A stretch of 64,000 nt of DNA from Candidatus Binatia bacterium (lineage in GTDB: Bacteria > Desulfobacterota > Binatia > HRBIN30), in contig JBBRSP010000005.1 in NCBI GenBank assembly GCA_038245295.1, positions 96,001 through 160,000 on the forward strand, in the 5' to 3' direction. The position numbers and the translations under genes are program-made. Shown piece after piece: positions 10,562-19,773 of the stretch; positions within the stretch are counted from its first letter, which is position 1; every line of letters begins with the position of its first letter. The notes under the pieces are model-generated. The model was not told the origin of the DNA, did not search any database, and saw nothing but the letters and a program-made list of their open reading frames with translations.

Positions 10562-10627
10562 GCGCCACGCGGTCCCCGACTCGATGCTCCCGGTGTACTG
10601 CACCACGTCATCGCCCGTCGCATCGGT
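10562..10627 (+). pseudogene. Remnant of the N-terminus of a Y1/HUH (RAYT/IS200-like) transposase
   Basis: Translates APRGPRLDAPGVLHHVIARRIG, matching the recalled RAYT-like start MPRxxRxDAPGxxHHVxxRG. Start codon lost and the remainder absent. Confidence 0.65.
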
Positions 10628-10657
10628 GGTCCGGGTCCCTGTCGCGCCCGAGTACGG

Positions 10658-11107
10658 CTAGCTTGGCTTGTGACGTCTCAAGGTTTCGACATCCAGGAGG
10701 TCTTTGGGGCGCCCCACGGCAATCTTGTTTCGAATCAGTTCGTCACGATTGATTACCGGCACCGGAACGTCGCCGTAGGTTGTCACCACTCGCGTTTCCC
10801 ATGCTGCCGCGAAGCTGACTCCGCTGATCGATGTCAAAATGTCGATGCGCCGCGGCACGACACCGATCTGGAAGACGATGCCGGGCGTCGCCAGATCCTC
10901 GCGGGTAAGTTCTGTCAGCGGGGCCCCGAAGGACGTGAGTGCCGAGTAAACTCGGCTCGCATTGCTTGGAGTGGCCTCGACCCAAACATCGATGTCACCG
11001 GTCGAGCGCGGCTCCGCGTGCACCGAAACGGCATACGCCCCAACGATGAGAAAGCGCGCATTAGCGGCGGATAAGGCGCGTAACAGATCGAGAAAGTCCT
11101 CGTTCAC
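10658..11107 (-). CDS. Minimal nucleotidyltransferase-fold protein (DUF6036-like)
   Basis: VGAYAVSVH..PRSTGDIDVWV (G...DxD), RIDILT, LIRNKIAVGRPKDLLDVETL. Confidence 0.8.
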   Translation of the reverse strand: MNEDFLDLLRALSAANARFLIVGAYAVSVHAEPRSTGDIDVWVEATPSNASRVYSALTSFGAPLTELTREDLATPGIVFQIGVVPRRIDILTSISGVSFAAAWETRVVTTYGDVPVPVINRDELIRNKIAVGRPKDLLDVETLRRHKPS

Positions 11108-11261
11108 CCGGGTCCCACCCCTTGAAGAGCCAAAGCTCTTCGGTAATCCGCCACGTCTCCGCGAACTTCTGCGACGCAGGGACTGTGGCCCAGAACTCTC
11201 GATCGAAGGCAGCGCTATCGCTGAGCACGGCCTTACGTGTCATGGCTTTCAAACGATCCAC
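11061..11261 (-). CDS. Small partner protein overlapping the NTase gene (putative TA-type pair)
   Basis: 66 aa ORF with DREFW...P..K. Its 3' end overlaps the NTase start. Confidence 0.65.
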   Translation of the reverse strand: MDRLKAMTRKAVLSDSAAFDREFWATVPASQKFAETWRITEELWLFKGWDPGERGLSRSVTRLIRR

Positions 11262-11284
11262 ACATCGACGCTAGCACGTCGCGG

Positions 11285-11770
11285 TCAGCACGGGAAACTT
11301 GTAAAGCAGCTCCGGCGTCTGACGACAGGGTCGAAACCTCCGTAGGGGCGGCTCGCAGCCGGGCATGCACCGCAGAACGGATCGTCCTCCGCGCGGCGCG
11401 CTTCGGAGAAGAACCAGCCCGACTCCGTTCTGCACAACGCCGAAGGCGAATTGCCCGGCAAAGCCGGCTGCGGCCGACCAATGGCGCGAGGAACATTTGT
11501 TTCCTGTTCCATTTCGCAGCGCGTGCCACAGGACGACGTCACGGAAAACGCCGCCGGCCCTCGGAACACCGCGCCATTGATACTGATGAGCGTCGTGCCG
11601 TTGTACCACGAGTTGATCCAGTCCACCGTCACGCCTGAGTTGTCGGTTGTGAACCCGGTGTAATAGGTCGGGCAACTCGCCGCCGGGCCGAAGTTCACAA
11701 CAGTTTGTCCGAAGGCCGGGGCCGCCGCCAATAGCATCATCAATCCGAATGCCTTGAGCATCGTCCTCAT
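11285..11770 (-). CDS. Secreted hypothetical protein whose 3' part reads through a repeat element (probably disrupted)
   Basis: Signal peptide MLKAFGLMMLLAAAPAFG and RBS-like gaaagga. The C-terminal part is encoded by the repeat at 11385-11472. Confidence 0.55.
   Translation of the reverse strand: MRTMLKAFGLMMLLAAAPAFGQTVVNFGPAASCPTYYTGFTTDNSGVTVDWINSWYNGTTLISINGAVFRGPAAFSVTSSCGTRCEMEQETNVPRAIGRPQPALPGNSPSALCRTESGWFFSEARRAEDDPFCGACPAASRPYGGFDPVVRRRSCFTSFPC
11385..11472. repeat. Dispersed palindromic element family A, partial copy
   Basis: 42 bp (11399-11440) identical to 13730-13771; similarity extends over about 85 bp. Confidence 0.9.
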
Positions 11771-12000
11771 CCTTTCGTTTCGTAATCTCGGTTCTTCACG
11801 ACCTGTGTACCCTCAACCACGAAGTGTACCGCCCTCGGTCGCATCGAATCGATGCAGGCTTTGCTGCCGGACTGGTCGAGTTCCGCGACAACCTGTCACG
11901 CTGAGAGTACAAGCCAAGGCACGCCGACTCCGTCCATATGGAATGCAATTGCCGCGGGCCCTCACTCAGCTTTGCACATTAATTCTGGACGCAACCGGCT

Positions 12001-12101
12001 AATCGAGAACCGGGAACCCAGAATCGAGAACCGGCCAAACGGAATCGCAGAAAACTTGCCCGGTTCTGGGTCCTCGATTCTCGATTTTCCGTTCTCGATT
12101 G
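12001..12101. repeat. Inverted pair of degenerate heptamer tracts (AATCGAG/AACCGGG ... CTCGATT)
   Basis: aatcgag aaccggg aacccag aatcgag aaccggc on the left; reverse-complementary heptamers at 12060-12100. Confidence 0.8.
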
Positions 12102-12143
12102 GATCCTCGCTCCGGTCACACCAACCCGTTCGGAATTGTTGCG

Positions 12144-12201
12144 GACCCTCACCCCGACCCTCTCCCACGCTTCCGCGATTCCGCTTGAAGTGGGAGAGGG
12201 G
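12144..12201. repeat. REP-like hairpin (CCCTCACCCC..CCCTCTCCC...GGGAGAGGG family)
   Basis: ccctcaccccgaccctctcccac ... gtgggagaggg. Confidence 0.75.
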
Positions 12202-12274
12202 GCCGAAGGCCTCGGACTCGAATTGTCGCAAAGGCCGGCGAGGCACACCTGCAGCGATGTGATAGACCGCTCCG

Positions 12275-13027
12275 ATGCTCCGGAGCGTCGCGACAATTGC
12301 TTTGCTCTTTGTAGCGGCGACGTGCGTCTCGGCTTTGCCTGCGGCAACGCGGAGCGAGGGCGCGGGCTGCGCCTTCCACGATGGAGTCTTCCAGCACGGG
12401 CGCCGCGACGGCCACGAGGTCGCGCTTACCTTCGATGCCTGCCCGACGCGTCACGTCCCCGGCTTCGGCACGGCCATCTTCGAGATCCTGCAGCAGCAGG
12501 CCGCGCCGGCGACCTTCTTCGTCTCCGGTCGCTGGGCCGAGCGCCATCCGAAGGAGTTGGCACAGCTGGCGGCGTTCGCGCTTGGCGAGGTGGCGCTGCA
12601 CGGGTATCGCCATTCGCATCTGACGGCGGCGGAGCGTGGCAACATCGACAGCGAAATCTCCAAGGGGCGCGAAGCGATTCGGCATCTCGGGATCGAGCCG
12701 CGTCCGCTGTTTCGTCCGCCCTACGGCGATACGCCGGCGGGCCTCGGCACCGCATGTGAACAACGTGGTGTGACGCCCGTTTTGTGGGATGTCGTCTCCG
12801 GCGATCCAGCACCGGAGGCGAGCGCGGCTCGGCTCGAACAAGAGGTTCTGCAGCGGGCACGCGCCGGCAGCATCATTGTCTTCCACATCAACGGGCGCGG
12901 TATCGCCACACCGCAAGCGCTGCCCGAGGTGATTCGCGTGCTGCGTCAACGCGACCTGCAGCTTGTGACCGTAACGGATCTGTTGCACCACTGCGAAGCG
13001 AACATGCATCCGCCGGAGGCGCCATGA
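12275..13027 (+). CDS. Polysaccharide deacetylase (CE4/NodB), exported
   Basis: VALTFDAC, ATFFVSGRW, LHGYRHSH, FRPPYG, LWDV, GSIIVFH; signal peptide. Confidence 0.9.
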   Translation: MLRSVATIALLFVAATCVSALPAATRSEGAGCAFHDGVFQHGRRDGHEVALTFDACPTRHVPGFGTAIFEILQQQAAPATFFVSGRWAERHPKELAQLAAFALGEVALHGYRHSHLTAAERGNIDSEISKGREAIRHLGIEPRPLFRPPYGDTPAGLGTACEQRGVTPVLWDVVSGDPAPEASAARLEQEVLQRARAGSIIVFHINGRGIATPQALPEVIRVLRQRDLQLVTVTDLLHHCEANMHPPEAP

Positions 13028-13509
13028 GCGAGATCGAAATCGTTGCGTCATCAGAGATCAGCCACGACGACTGCCGCCGTCTCATCCTGAGTAATGAGCC
13101 GTGGATCACTCTAGGGTATGGCCAGGCCGAGGTTGACTCGATCGTCCGCTCCGTCGCCACCAGTACTCTCCTGCTTGCCCGATCCGGCGATACGGTGGTC
13201 GGCTTCGCCCTCTCCGGCGACGGTTTTCTGCGCGGCGAGTATCTGAAGATTCTTGCCGTCGATCGCGGCGTGCAGCGCCAGGGCGTCGGCCGACTATTGA
13301 TGTCGGCGCTCGAAGAACGCGCCTTCCGATCCGTACCCAACGTCTACCTGTGCGTCTCCGACTTCAATCAATCGGCGCGCGCCTTCTATCGCCGCCTGGG
13401 CTACGGCGAAGTCGGGGTCCTCGACGATCTCCTGCTGCCCGGCAAGGGCGAGGTGCTGATGCGTAAGTCGATTGGCTCCTGGCGAACCTTCGCGGCGACT
13501 GCTTCCTGA
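13024..13509 (+). CDS. GNAT family N-acetyltransferase
   Basis: LAV...QRQGVGRLL, N..ARAFYRRLGY. ATGA overlap with the upstream stop. Confidence 0.88.
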   Translation: MSEIEIVASSEISHDDCRRLILSNEPWITLGYGQAEVDSIVRSVATSTLLLARSGDTVVGFALSGDGFLRGEYLKILAVDRGVQRQGVGRLLMSALEERAFRSVPNVYLCVSDFNQSARAFYRRLGYGEVGVLDDLLLPGKGEVLMRKSIGSWRTFAATAS

Positions 13510-13511
13510 AG

Positions 13512-13819
13512 TTCACCGCAGAGGTGTCGAGAACACCTCGGAGTGTTCACGCTCTGCGGGCTTTGCCCGGTAATTGCATTCGTATGGACGGAATCGGCGT
13601 GGCTCCCGTCCGGAGCGCTCGACGCGAAGGATGGCCCTCACGCCGCCGTAGACAAATCGTCTCAAAACTGTCTGGATTTGTTGAGGATGATCCGCCGACC
13701 GCGGGCTGGGGGCTCTCCTTCGCGCCGCACGCTTCGGAGAAGAACCAGCCCGACTCCGTTCTGCACAACGCTGAAGACGAATCACCGGGCAAAGCCCGCT
13801 CTGCGCCTCTGCGGTGAAG
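13512..13819. mobile_element. About 308-bp nested-palindrome element (family A, longest copy; MITE/REP-like)
   Basis: Terminal inverted repeats ttcaccgcagagg / cctctgcggtgaa. Inner IRs gcgggctttgcccggt / accgggcaaagcccgc and acggaatcggcgtgg / ccagcccgactccgt. Confidence 0.7.
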
Positions 13820-13969
13820 TTACTTCTTGCGTTTCTTTTCCACCCGCTCGCGCTGGTGATCTTCCTGCTGGCGCAATTCCTGCGTGAACTCGGCACCGAA
13901 GTCCGCCGCCTCGAAGACCTGCCGGATCTCGACCTCCGCCTCGCAGTCGCCGGCGATGGCGGGCCCCAT
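13820..13969 (-). pseudogene. C-terminal fragment of a YciI/DGPF-family protein
   Basis: MGPAIAGDCEAEVEIRQVFEAADFGAEFTQELRQQEDHQRERVEKKRKK resembles the recalled EIEIRQVFEAEDFGAEFTPELREQE tail. The N-terminal DGPF part is absent. Confidence 0.65.
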
Positions 13970-14158
13970 TCCTCCGGCGTTCCTCTCCTTTCGCCAGAGG
14001 TTCTCCGGGCTCGCACGCCGTACGTAAGTCAGGGAACACCTTGGTTTCGAGAATCTTGCCGATGTAGAGTCTCTTACACGTGCGTTCGCGGCGCCCCTTG
14101 TGCTAGGGGACCGCCGCCGTCGCCACGTCGGCGGACTTCACGCAAGGGAATTCTAGGA

Positions 14159-14902
14159 ATGCCGATCGAGCAGATCGAGGAGTCTGGGCAGGGAGAGTGG
14201 CGCGCGCGGCTCGGCCGACATTACATCGCCGGCCCGCTCGTGCTGGCGCTCCTGTTCGTCGCCGTGTTTCTGCGCTTCGACATGCGCCCCTACTTCATCT
14301 TGATCGTGACCATGGTCGGGCTGATCCAGATCTTCCCGCTCTCGTCGAACTTCGTCGAGTACCTCGTTCTGTTCTGCTTGCCGGTGATTGGCGCGATCTC
14401 GAACTACCACCACGTCTGCTTGACCTATAACTCGATCATCCTGTTCATGTTGTGTCGGGCCTACACCGTGTATGGTCACGTCAGGACACGAGACGTCCTT
14501 ACCTTCTTCCTGATCATCAGCAGCTGGCCCTTCCATTTCGAACAGTCGAGCCAGATCACCTATGCCGGCGCCATCCTGCACGGTATCGTCAGCCCAGTCA
14601 GCTTCTATCTCTACACCCGCAAGCCGATGTGGATTCGACTCGGGGTCTTCTTCGTGCCCGGGGCGTTCCTGCTCGACAACATGATCCTCTACAAGCAGTG
14701 GTTCGTGGCATTTTGGGATGTCGAAATCCTGTGCGTCTACCTGTTCTGGATGCTGGGCTTCGACAAGCAGACCGTCGTTCAGAAGGTTCTGTTGTTCTCC
14801 CTGCCGGTGATCACCTTCCTGCAGATGTATTGGCCCATCTGTCCCACCAAGGGCTATCTGGTCGACGCCGTCTTCAACTTCCTGCGCAGCCTACTGCACT
14901 GA
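14159..14902 (+). CDS. Hypothetical polytopic membrane protein
   Basis: About 247 aa from ATG 14159; many hydrophobic/aromatic segments; strong C/G third-position bias. Confidence 0.7.
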   Translation: MPIEQIEESGQGEWRARLGRHYIAGPLVLALLFVAVFLRFDMRPYFILIVTMVGLIQIFPLSSNFVEYLVLFCLPVIGAISNYHHVCLTYNSIILFMLCRAYTVYGHVRTRDVLTFFLIISSWPFHFEQSSQITYAGAILHGIVSPVSFYLYTRKPMWIRLGVFFVPGAFLLDNMILYKQWFVAFWDVEILCVYLFWMLGFDKQTVVQKVLLFSLPVITFLQMYWPICPTKGYLVDAVFNFLRSLLH

Positions 14903-14922
14903 AACGCGCGCGGGCTGTCGGC

Positions 14923-16374
14923 TCATCGCGGACGGTTACTGCGGGAAAACAGCATGGAGGCTTCGTCCTGACAGACGAGCTTCCACGCGGGAAGCTCTTT
15001 GAGCTGCGGCACGACCCCGTCTTCAGGCCCCGCCAGCACGTAGTCGATTTTCCATTCATCGAGCAGCGTTGAAGCGGATTTCTGGTCAGCGGCCATCCAG
15101 TAGAGGAACAGCGCTTGGCCGGAGCACCGACCGTCGATAAACGACGGGTAGCCGCTCCAGATCAGCCATCCACCCCAGGATAGGCGATGGAAATAACGTG
15201 CGTAAGGCGACAACTGCTCCAGGCACTTCGTCGGGTAGCGACCGGGTTCGACGAGGGTCGACAGTTGCGGGACGGTAATCGCCAGGGCGACCACTGTGGC
15301 GATCACGAGCTGCAGGGAGTGTCGGCGCGGCTGTGACGCGAGCAGAAAGACGGCCATTACCAGCGACGCGATGTGCTGTCGGAAAACGATGGCGGCATAG
15401 TGCGGCGTGGCAGCGACCGCCTCGTTCGCCACGGGCGGCAGCCAACCGACGCCAATCGCCGCAAGAACCAGGTAGGGCACCGGGGAGCGCCAGCCCTTGG
15501 CTTCGCGCACGATAGGAAGCGTGAAGACAATTGGCGCGGCGATCCACGCTGCGTACTCTTCAAAACGCACTGCCGTCATCGCCAGCACCACCGTCGCCAG
15601 CAGGGGAACAAGACGGTACCACGGAACCCGGTATATCGAGATCAACGCGCACAGCGCGTAGCCGGCCCCGAGCACGAGAAACGTCGCCGGGGGCCGAACC
15701 CATTCGTCGATGAGAGCCCTATAGGTCGGGTCTTGCGCGATCCTGAGCTGTTGCTCGTAGACGCGCCAGCCGTATGGATTGACCAACGTAGCGAGGGCAC
15801 ACAGCGGTACGACGAACCGCAGTCGCCGGTGAACACAGGCCATCCCGGTGAGCACCACGAGACCAAACAGGAAACCGGGGTGAACGTTCGCCCAGACGAC
15901 AAATAGCAGCGGCAGAAAACGCTCGCGCTCGGCTTCGATCGCCAGCAGCATCACCAATAGGGCGATGAGGCTGAAGACGGACGGGCGCAGGGTCCACCAA
16001 TGGTGCGACAGCGCCACCGCCGTAATGACTGAGGGTACGAACGCTTCAGGTGCGTTCAGCACGCGGGTATAGGCACGGACCAGGAGCGTCAAGGTCGCAT
16101 AGAGCGCGGCGCGTGCGGCAATCAACGCGGCCAGTCCGCCAACGCGCCACAACCCGAACACCAGCACCTCGCCAAGCCATTCGTTGTCGACCCAGTCGCC
16201 GAGGTAACGCGTCCACGAGAACACATCGGTGCGCGGAACGTCGTAGTTGGCGACCATCCATCGACCAGCCGCCAGGTGCCACCAGAGATCATTGTTGTAC
16301 AACGGGAAGAGAGCCAGCAGCACGACGACGATTGGAATCAGGTCGGCCGCGTCTTCCCTCAATCGCCACGTCAT
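14923..16374 (-). CDS. Polytopic membrane protein, probable GT-C superfamily glycosyltransferase
   Basis: NDLWWHLAAGRW, D.FSWT, W..EWL, RP..FS, WANVHPGF, NPYG, IDEW, WGGWLIW, FIDGR motifs. Confidence 0.7.
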   Translation of the reverse strand: MTWRLREDAADLIPIVVVLLALFPLYNNDLWWHLAAGRWMVANYDVPRTDVFSWTRYLGDWVDNEWLGEVLVFGLWRVGGLAALIAARAALYATLTLLVRAYTRVLNAPEAFVPSVITAVALSHHWWTLRPSVFSLIALLVMLLAIEAERERFLPLLFVVWANVHPGFLFGLVVLTGMACVHRRLRFVVPLCALATLVNPYGWRVYEQQLRIAQDPTYRALIDEWVRPPATFLVLGAGYALCALISIYRVPWYRLVPLLATVVLAMTAVRFEEYAAWIAAPIVFTLPIVREAKGWRSPVPYLVLAAIGVGWLPPVANEAVAATPHYAAIVFRQHIASLVMAVFLLASQPRRHSLQLVIATVVALAITVPQLSTLVEPGRYPTKCLEQLSPYARYFHRLSWGGWLIWSGYPSFIDGRCSGQALFLYWMAADQKSASTLLDEWKIDYVLAGPEDGVVPQLKELPAWKLVCQDEASMLFSRSNRPR

Positions 16375-16548
16375 CCCGGCGCTCCTGATCTAGCGACCGA
16401 GCTGGGTAAGGGCTTCGCGCGGCGCGGCTCCACCCGAAAGGGCGCACCACAAATGTTCATGGCAAAGGCGATGCCGTAAACTCCGACAGATCCTCGCCGC
16501 GGTCAACAGACCGGCTCGGGCGACGTAGAGGCGGCTCTCGAGCCGCGT

Positions 16549-19539
16549 CTACGCAAGCAGCAAGCGCGCTTCCATTACATCGTATGCCAGCGGCTCGTTG
16601 TCGAAGGCGGCGCAGACGGCGGCCAGCTCCCGACGCGATCCTGGAGACTGGCGCAACCGGTGCAGGGCCAGGAGAGAGCGCAACTCCCACAGCTTCGTTC
16701 CCTGTTGGCGGGCCAGCGTAATCGCCCTGTGCAGCGTTGCTGCCACTTCGTCGGGGACGCTACCCGAACGGTGTTGGCATTCCGCTTTGAAACGAAGGGT
16801 CTCGGGGAGAAACACCTTCTCGCCCGTCTGTTCGGCGTAGGCTTCGGCTTCTGCCAACGCGATCTGCGCGGCGGTTACATCACCGACGCGAAGATACGCA
16901 TCGGCCAACATGTTGAGATACATCGTCATGTTCAGCCGGCTACCGGTGCCGCGCCAGAGATCAAATCCGTCGCGCAAAAGTGTGACGCCGGGTTCGGGGT
17001 TGTCAGCGCAAGCTGTCGCATGGCCCAAGAACATTTTGGCCACACCTTCCCAGAATGGAAACTCATGAGTGCGGGCGATCTCGAGCGCCTGTTGCGCCAG
17101 CCGGATTGCCGGCTGCCACCGTCCCATCGTATCTTCGTAGAGAGACGCGTAACAAAAGGCATACGTCAGGTTGAATGGGTGGCGCAGCTCCTGCGCGATG
17201 CTCAACGCCTGCTCGATGGCCGCACCTGCCTGCGCTAACCGACCGAGCGCGAACGAAGCCGCGGCGCGCTGGCAATGCAGCATCACGCGCGGCTCTCCCC
17301 AAAAGGCCGGGCGGCTGTCGGCCGCCGCCAGAGGCAGCGGAAACATTTCCATGGCCGCAACCGCGGCATCGGACAGGGCCAAGGATTCTTCGACAGCACC
17401 TTGATACAAGCGAACCTGGCTGAGCGGGTTGCGCAATTGCGCGATGAAAGGCGGCGGCAAGCCGGCAGCTTCGGCCACCCGCTCCAGCTCGAGATCCAGT
17501 TGCTCACCGACGACGAGATTGCCGCGGGTCTGCTCGCAGATGGCAAGCGCCAGCAGGCTGCTCATTTGTCGCATCGAATCGTTGACCTGCCGCGCCAGGC
17601 CGAGACTGCGCCGGTAGTTGTTGAGAACCTCGACCGATCCGTATCCAGACGCGGCAAGCACCGCCGGCCCACGCGTCATCAACAGATCGAGTTGGCGCTC
17701 CCGTCGCGCCGGGCTGTCCTCGAGGCGATCCAACAAGGTCAAGCCACGATCAAGATACCCAACCGCTTCGCGGTTCGCGGCGTGTGCTGCCGCCGCAACA
17801 GCCGCCTTGTCGTAGAACTCGATCGCCGACGTGAGGTCGCCGCCACGCTCAAAATGCGAAGCCAGCGCCGCGGCGATCTCCGGCGCCCGCTCCGCCCAAG
17901 TCTCCCGCAGGGCAGCACCGATGACCCGGTGCAGACGCTGGCGCCGCGTCGCGTCGATACGCTCGTAGAGCACTTGCTGGTAGAGCGCGTGGCTAAACGT
18001 ATAGCGCGCCCCGAGATCGGGAAGCGTCGTATCGCTTTCGCCAACCACGAGAAATCCGTGATGCCGGCTCAGATCCCGACACAACCGTTCGATCTCCTCG
18101 CGATTTCTATCGAGCGCCGCGGCCACACTCGAAGACCAGAACTGCACGCCGACAACGCTGGCGGTCTCGACAACCTCGCGTTCGAGCGCCGCCAGGGAAT
18201 CGGTGCGTTGCTCGACCAGGGCGCGTAGATTGCGCGGAACGTGACTGCCAATGTCGGCCGCACTCAACTGCACTTCGCCCGCCAGCCCATCGATGCTCAG
18301 CACTCCGTCGTCGAGCAACTGATCGACAAGACGTCCGATGAACAGCGGGTTTCCCTCGGTGCGATTGTGGAGCGTTGCCCCGAGACCTGACGGTAAGGTC
18401 AATCCGACAAAACGTTTACTGAGATAAGTTTCCACCGCGTCTCGCGTCAGCGGCGCTAGAGCAAGCTCTTCGCATTGGCGGTGCAAGAGCAGTTGCTGTT
18501 TGAGATCTTGAAAGGGCGACGCGGCGGCGAAGCTCTCGGCGTTACGAAAGGTCCCCAGGATCAGCAAGCGAGCCGGTCCGCAACGCAGGGCCAGCGCGGC
18601 GATCAGCTCTAGGGTGGCATGATCGCTGAGGTGAAGGTCTTCCAGCAGCAGAACCAGCAGGTGCCGCTCGCCGAGGGCCTCGATCCCATCGGCAATGAGA
18701 CGCAGCATGTGCTCTTGTGTTTGCGTCGGAACCTCGCCACGCAGCTCGGCGCGCTGTTCGGTGGTCAGTAGACCCGGAATCTGTGCCAGCCAGGTTGGGG
18801 CGTGGCGCCGCAGGACATCGACGACAACGGGGGTGTCGAGCTCGCGACCCAGCCGGCCAATCGCTTCGAGCACCGGCATGTACGGCTCGCTGGCGCCGAA
18901 TTGCTCGATGCACTGCCCCCGAGCGATCAGGTTGAGGGTAAGGTCGTCGGCTGCCAGGTTTTGCCAAGCCTGCCCCTCCCGCACGCACAGACGGATGAAC
19001 TCGTCGGCCAGGGTCGTCTTGCCAATTCCCATTTCGCCGGTGACGAAGATGATCTGGCGCTGCCCGGCCAGCGCGCGGTGCAGCGCGGCCTCCAACTGCG
19101 CCAGCTCGCGGTCGCGTCCGACAATCGCCGGCGCGGCGACGACAACATCGATAGGAGGGCGGATTTTTAAAGCTGCCACTTCGGCGACGAACTGATACCC
19201 GGTGCGGTGCACGGTTTTGAGGAAACGCGGCCGCTTGGGTTCCTCGCCGAGAGCCGCGCGAAGCTCACTGATACACGTCGTCAGGACATATTCAGTGACG
19301 GCGTTACCCTCCCACACCGTCGCTAGGATCTCTTCTTTCGAGACCACCTCACCGGCGCGCCGCAGCAAGAGGAGTAATACTTCAAGCGTCTTTGGACGTA
19401 GGGCAACCGACGATTCGGCACGAAACAGCAATCGTTGCGCCGGGTCGAGCCGGAAAGGGCCGAAGTGCAACCTCTCGATGCGCAAGGCTGGGCCAACCAC
19501 GCGGCGACCGATAGCACGCCACACCGATTCTCCAAGCAT
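16549..19539 (-). CDS. wHTH (OmpR/ToxR-type) - STAND AAA ATPase - TPR transcriptional regulator
   Basis: N-terminal FGPFRLD...LKTVHRTGYQF, IVGRDRELAQL, Walker A GEMGIGKT, Walker B LLLEDLH, TEGNPLF, C-terminal helical repeats. Confidence 0.9.
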   Translation of the reverse strand: MLGESVWRAIGRRVVGPALRIERLHFGPFRLDPAQRLLFRAESSVALRPKTLEVLLLLLRRAGEVVSKEEILATVWEGNAVTEYVLTTCISELRAALGEEPKRPRFLKTVHRTGYQFVAEVAALKIRPPIDVVVAAPAIVGRDRELAQLEAALHRALAGQRQIIFVTGEMGIGKTTLADEFIRLCVREGQAWQNLAADDLTLNLIARGQCIEQFGASEPYMPVLEAIGRLGRELDTPVVVDVLRRHAPTWLAQIPGLLTTEQRAELRGEVPTQTQEHMLRLIADGIEALGERHLLVLLLEDLHLSDHATLELIAALALRCGPARLLILGTFRNAESFAAASPFQDLKQQLLLHRQCEELALAPLTRDAVETYLSKRFVGLTLPSGLGATLHNRTEGNPLFIGRLVDQLLDDGVLSIDGLAGEVQLSAADIGSHVPRNLRALVEQRTDSLAALEREVVETASVVGVQFWSSSVAAALDRNREEIERLCRDLSRHHGFLVVGESDTTLPDLGARYTFSHALYQQVLYERIDATRRQRLHRVIGAALRETWAERAPEIAAALASHFERGGDLTSAIEFYDKAAVAAAAHAANREAVGYLDRGLTLLDRLEDSPARRERQLDLLMTRGPAVLAASGYGSVEVLNNYRRSLGLARQVNDSMRQMSSLLALAICEQTRGNLVVGEQLDLELERVAEAAGLPPPFIAQLRNPLSQVRLYQGAVEESLALSDAAVAAMEMFPLPLAAADSRPAFWGEPRVMLHCQRAAASFALGRLAQAGAAIEQALSIAQELRHPFNLTYAFCYASLYEDTMGRWQPAIRLAQQALEIARTHEFPFWEGVAKMFLGHATACADNPEPGVTLLRDGFDLWRGTGSRLNMTMYLNMLADAYLRVGDVTAAQIALAEAEAYAEQTGEKVFLPETLRFKAECQHRSGSVPDEVAATLHRAITLARQQGTKLWELRSLLALHRLRQSPGSRRELAAVCAAFDNEPLAYDVMEARLLLA

Positions 19540-19655
19540 TCCCTGGCGCTCGAGTGGCGCCGGCGTAACCCGTTCCAGCGGCCTTCCTCGCCGCCTCGGT
19601 TTTCAAATGGACTACCCAGGAGACTGTCTTGGGTGTTTTGTGCCGGCCTTCACCG

Positions 19656-19750
19656 GGTCACCAGATGTGACCAGCCACACAACCGGGAATGTTCATCTTG
19701 AACGCGGCGCACATAAATGCTGGAAGGTCGATATCCAAGGTAAGGTCAGA
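19656..19750. promoter_or_regulatory. Candidate operator motifs in the divergent intergenic region
   Basis: Palindromes GGTCAC-N5-GTGACC (19656-19672) and GTTCA-N3-TGAAC (19691-19703); repeated AAGGT(C) at 19724, 19737 and 19742. Confidence 0.3.
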
Positions 19751-19773
19751 TTAAAAATGTTCAGGAGGCAAGT

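Noticed and set aside
13814..14158. N-terminal extension of the 362-aa ORF 13814-14902
   Set aside because: It overlaps the opposite-strand YciI relic and looks non-coding; ATG 14159 is the more plausible start.
16549..19539. Avs-type anti-phage STAND protein
   Set aside because: The N-terminal domain is an OmpR/ToxR-type DNA-binding wHTH rather than a nuclease or other toxic effector, which fits a transcriptional regulator.
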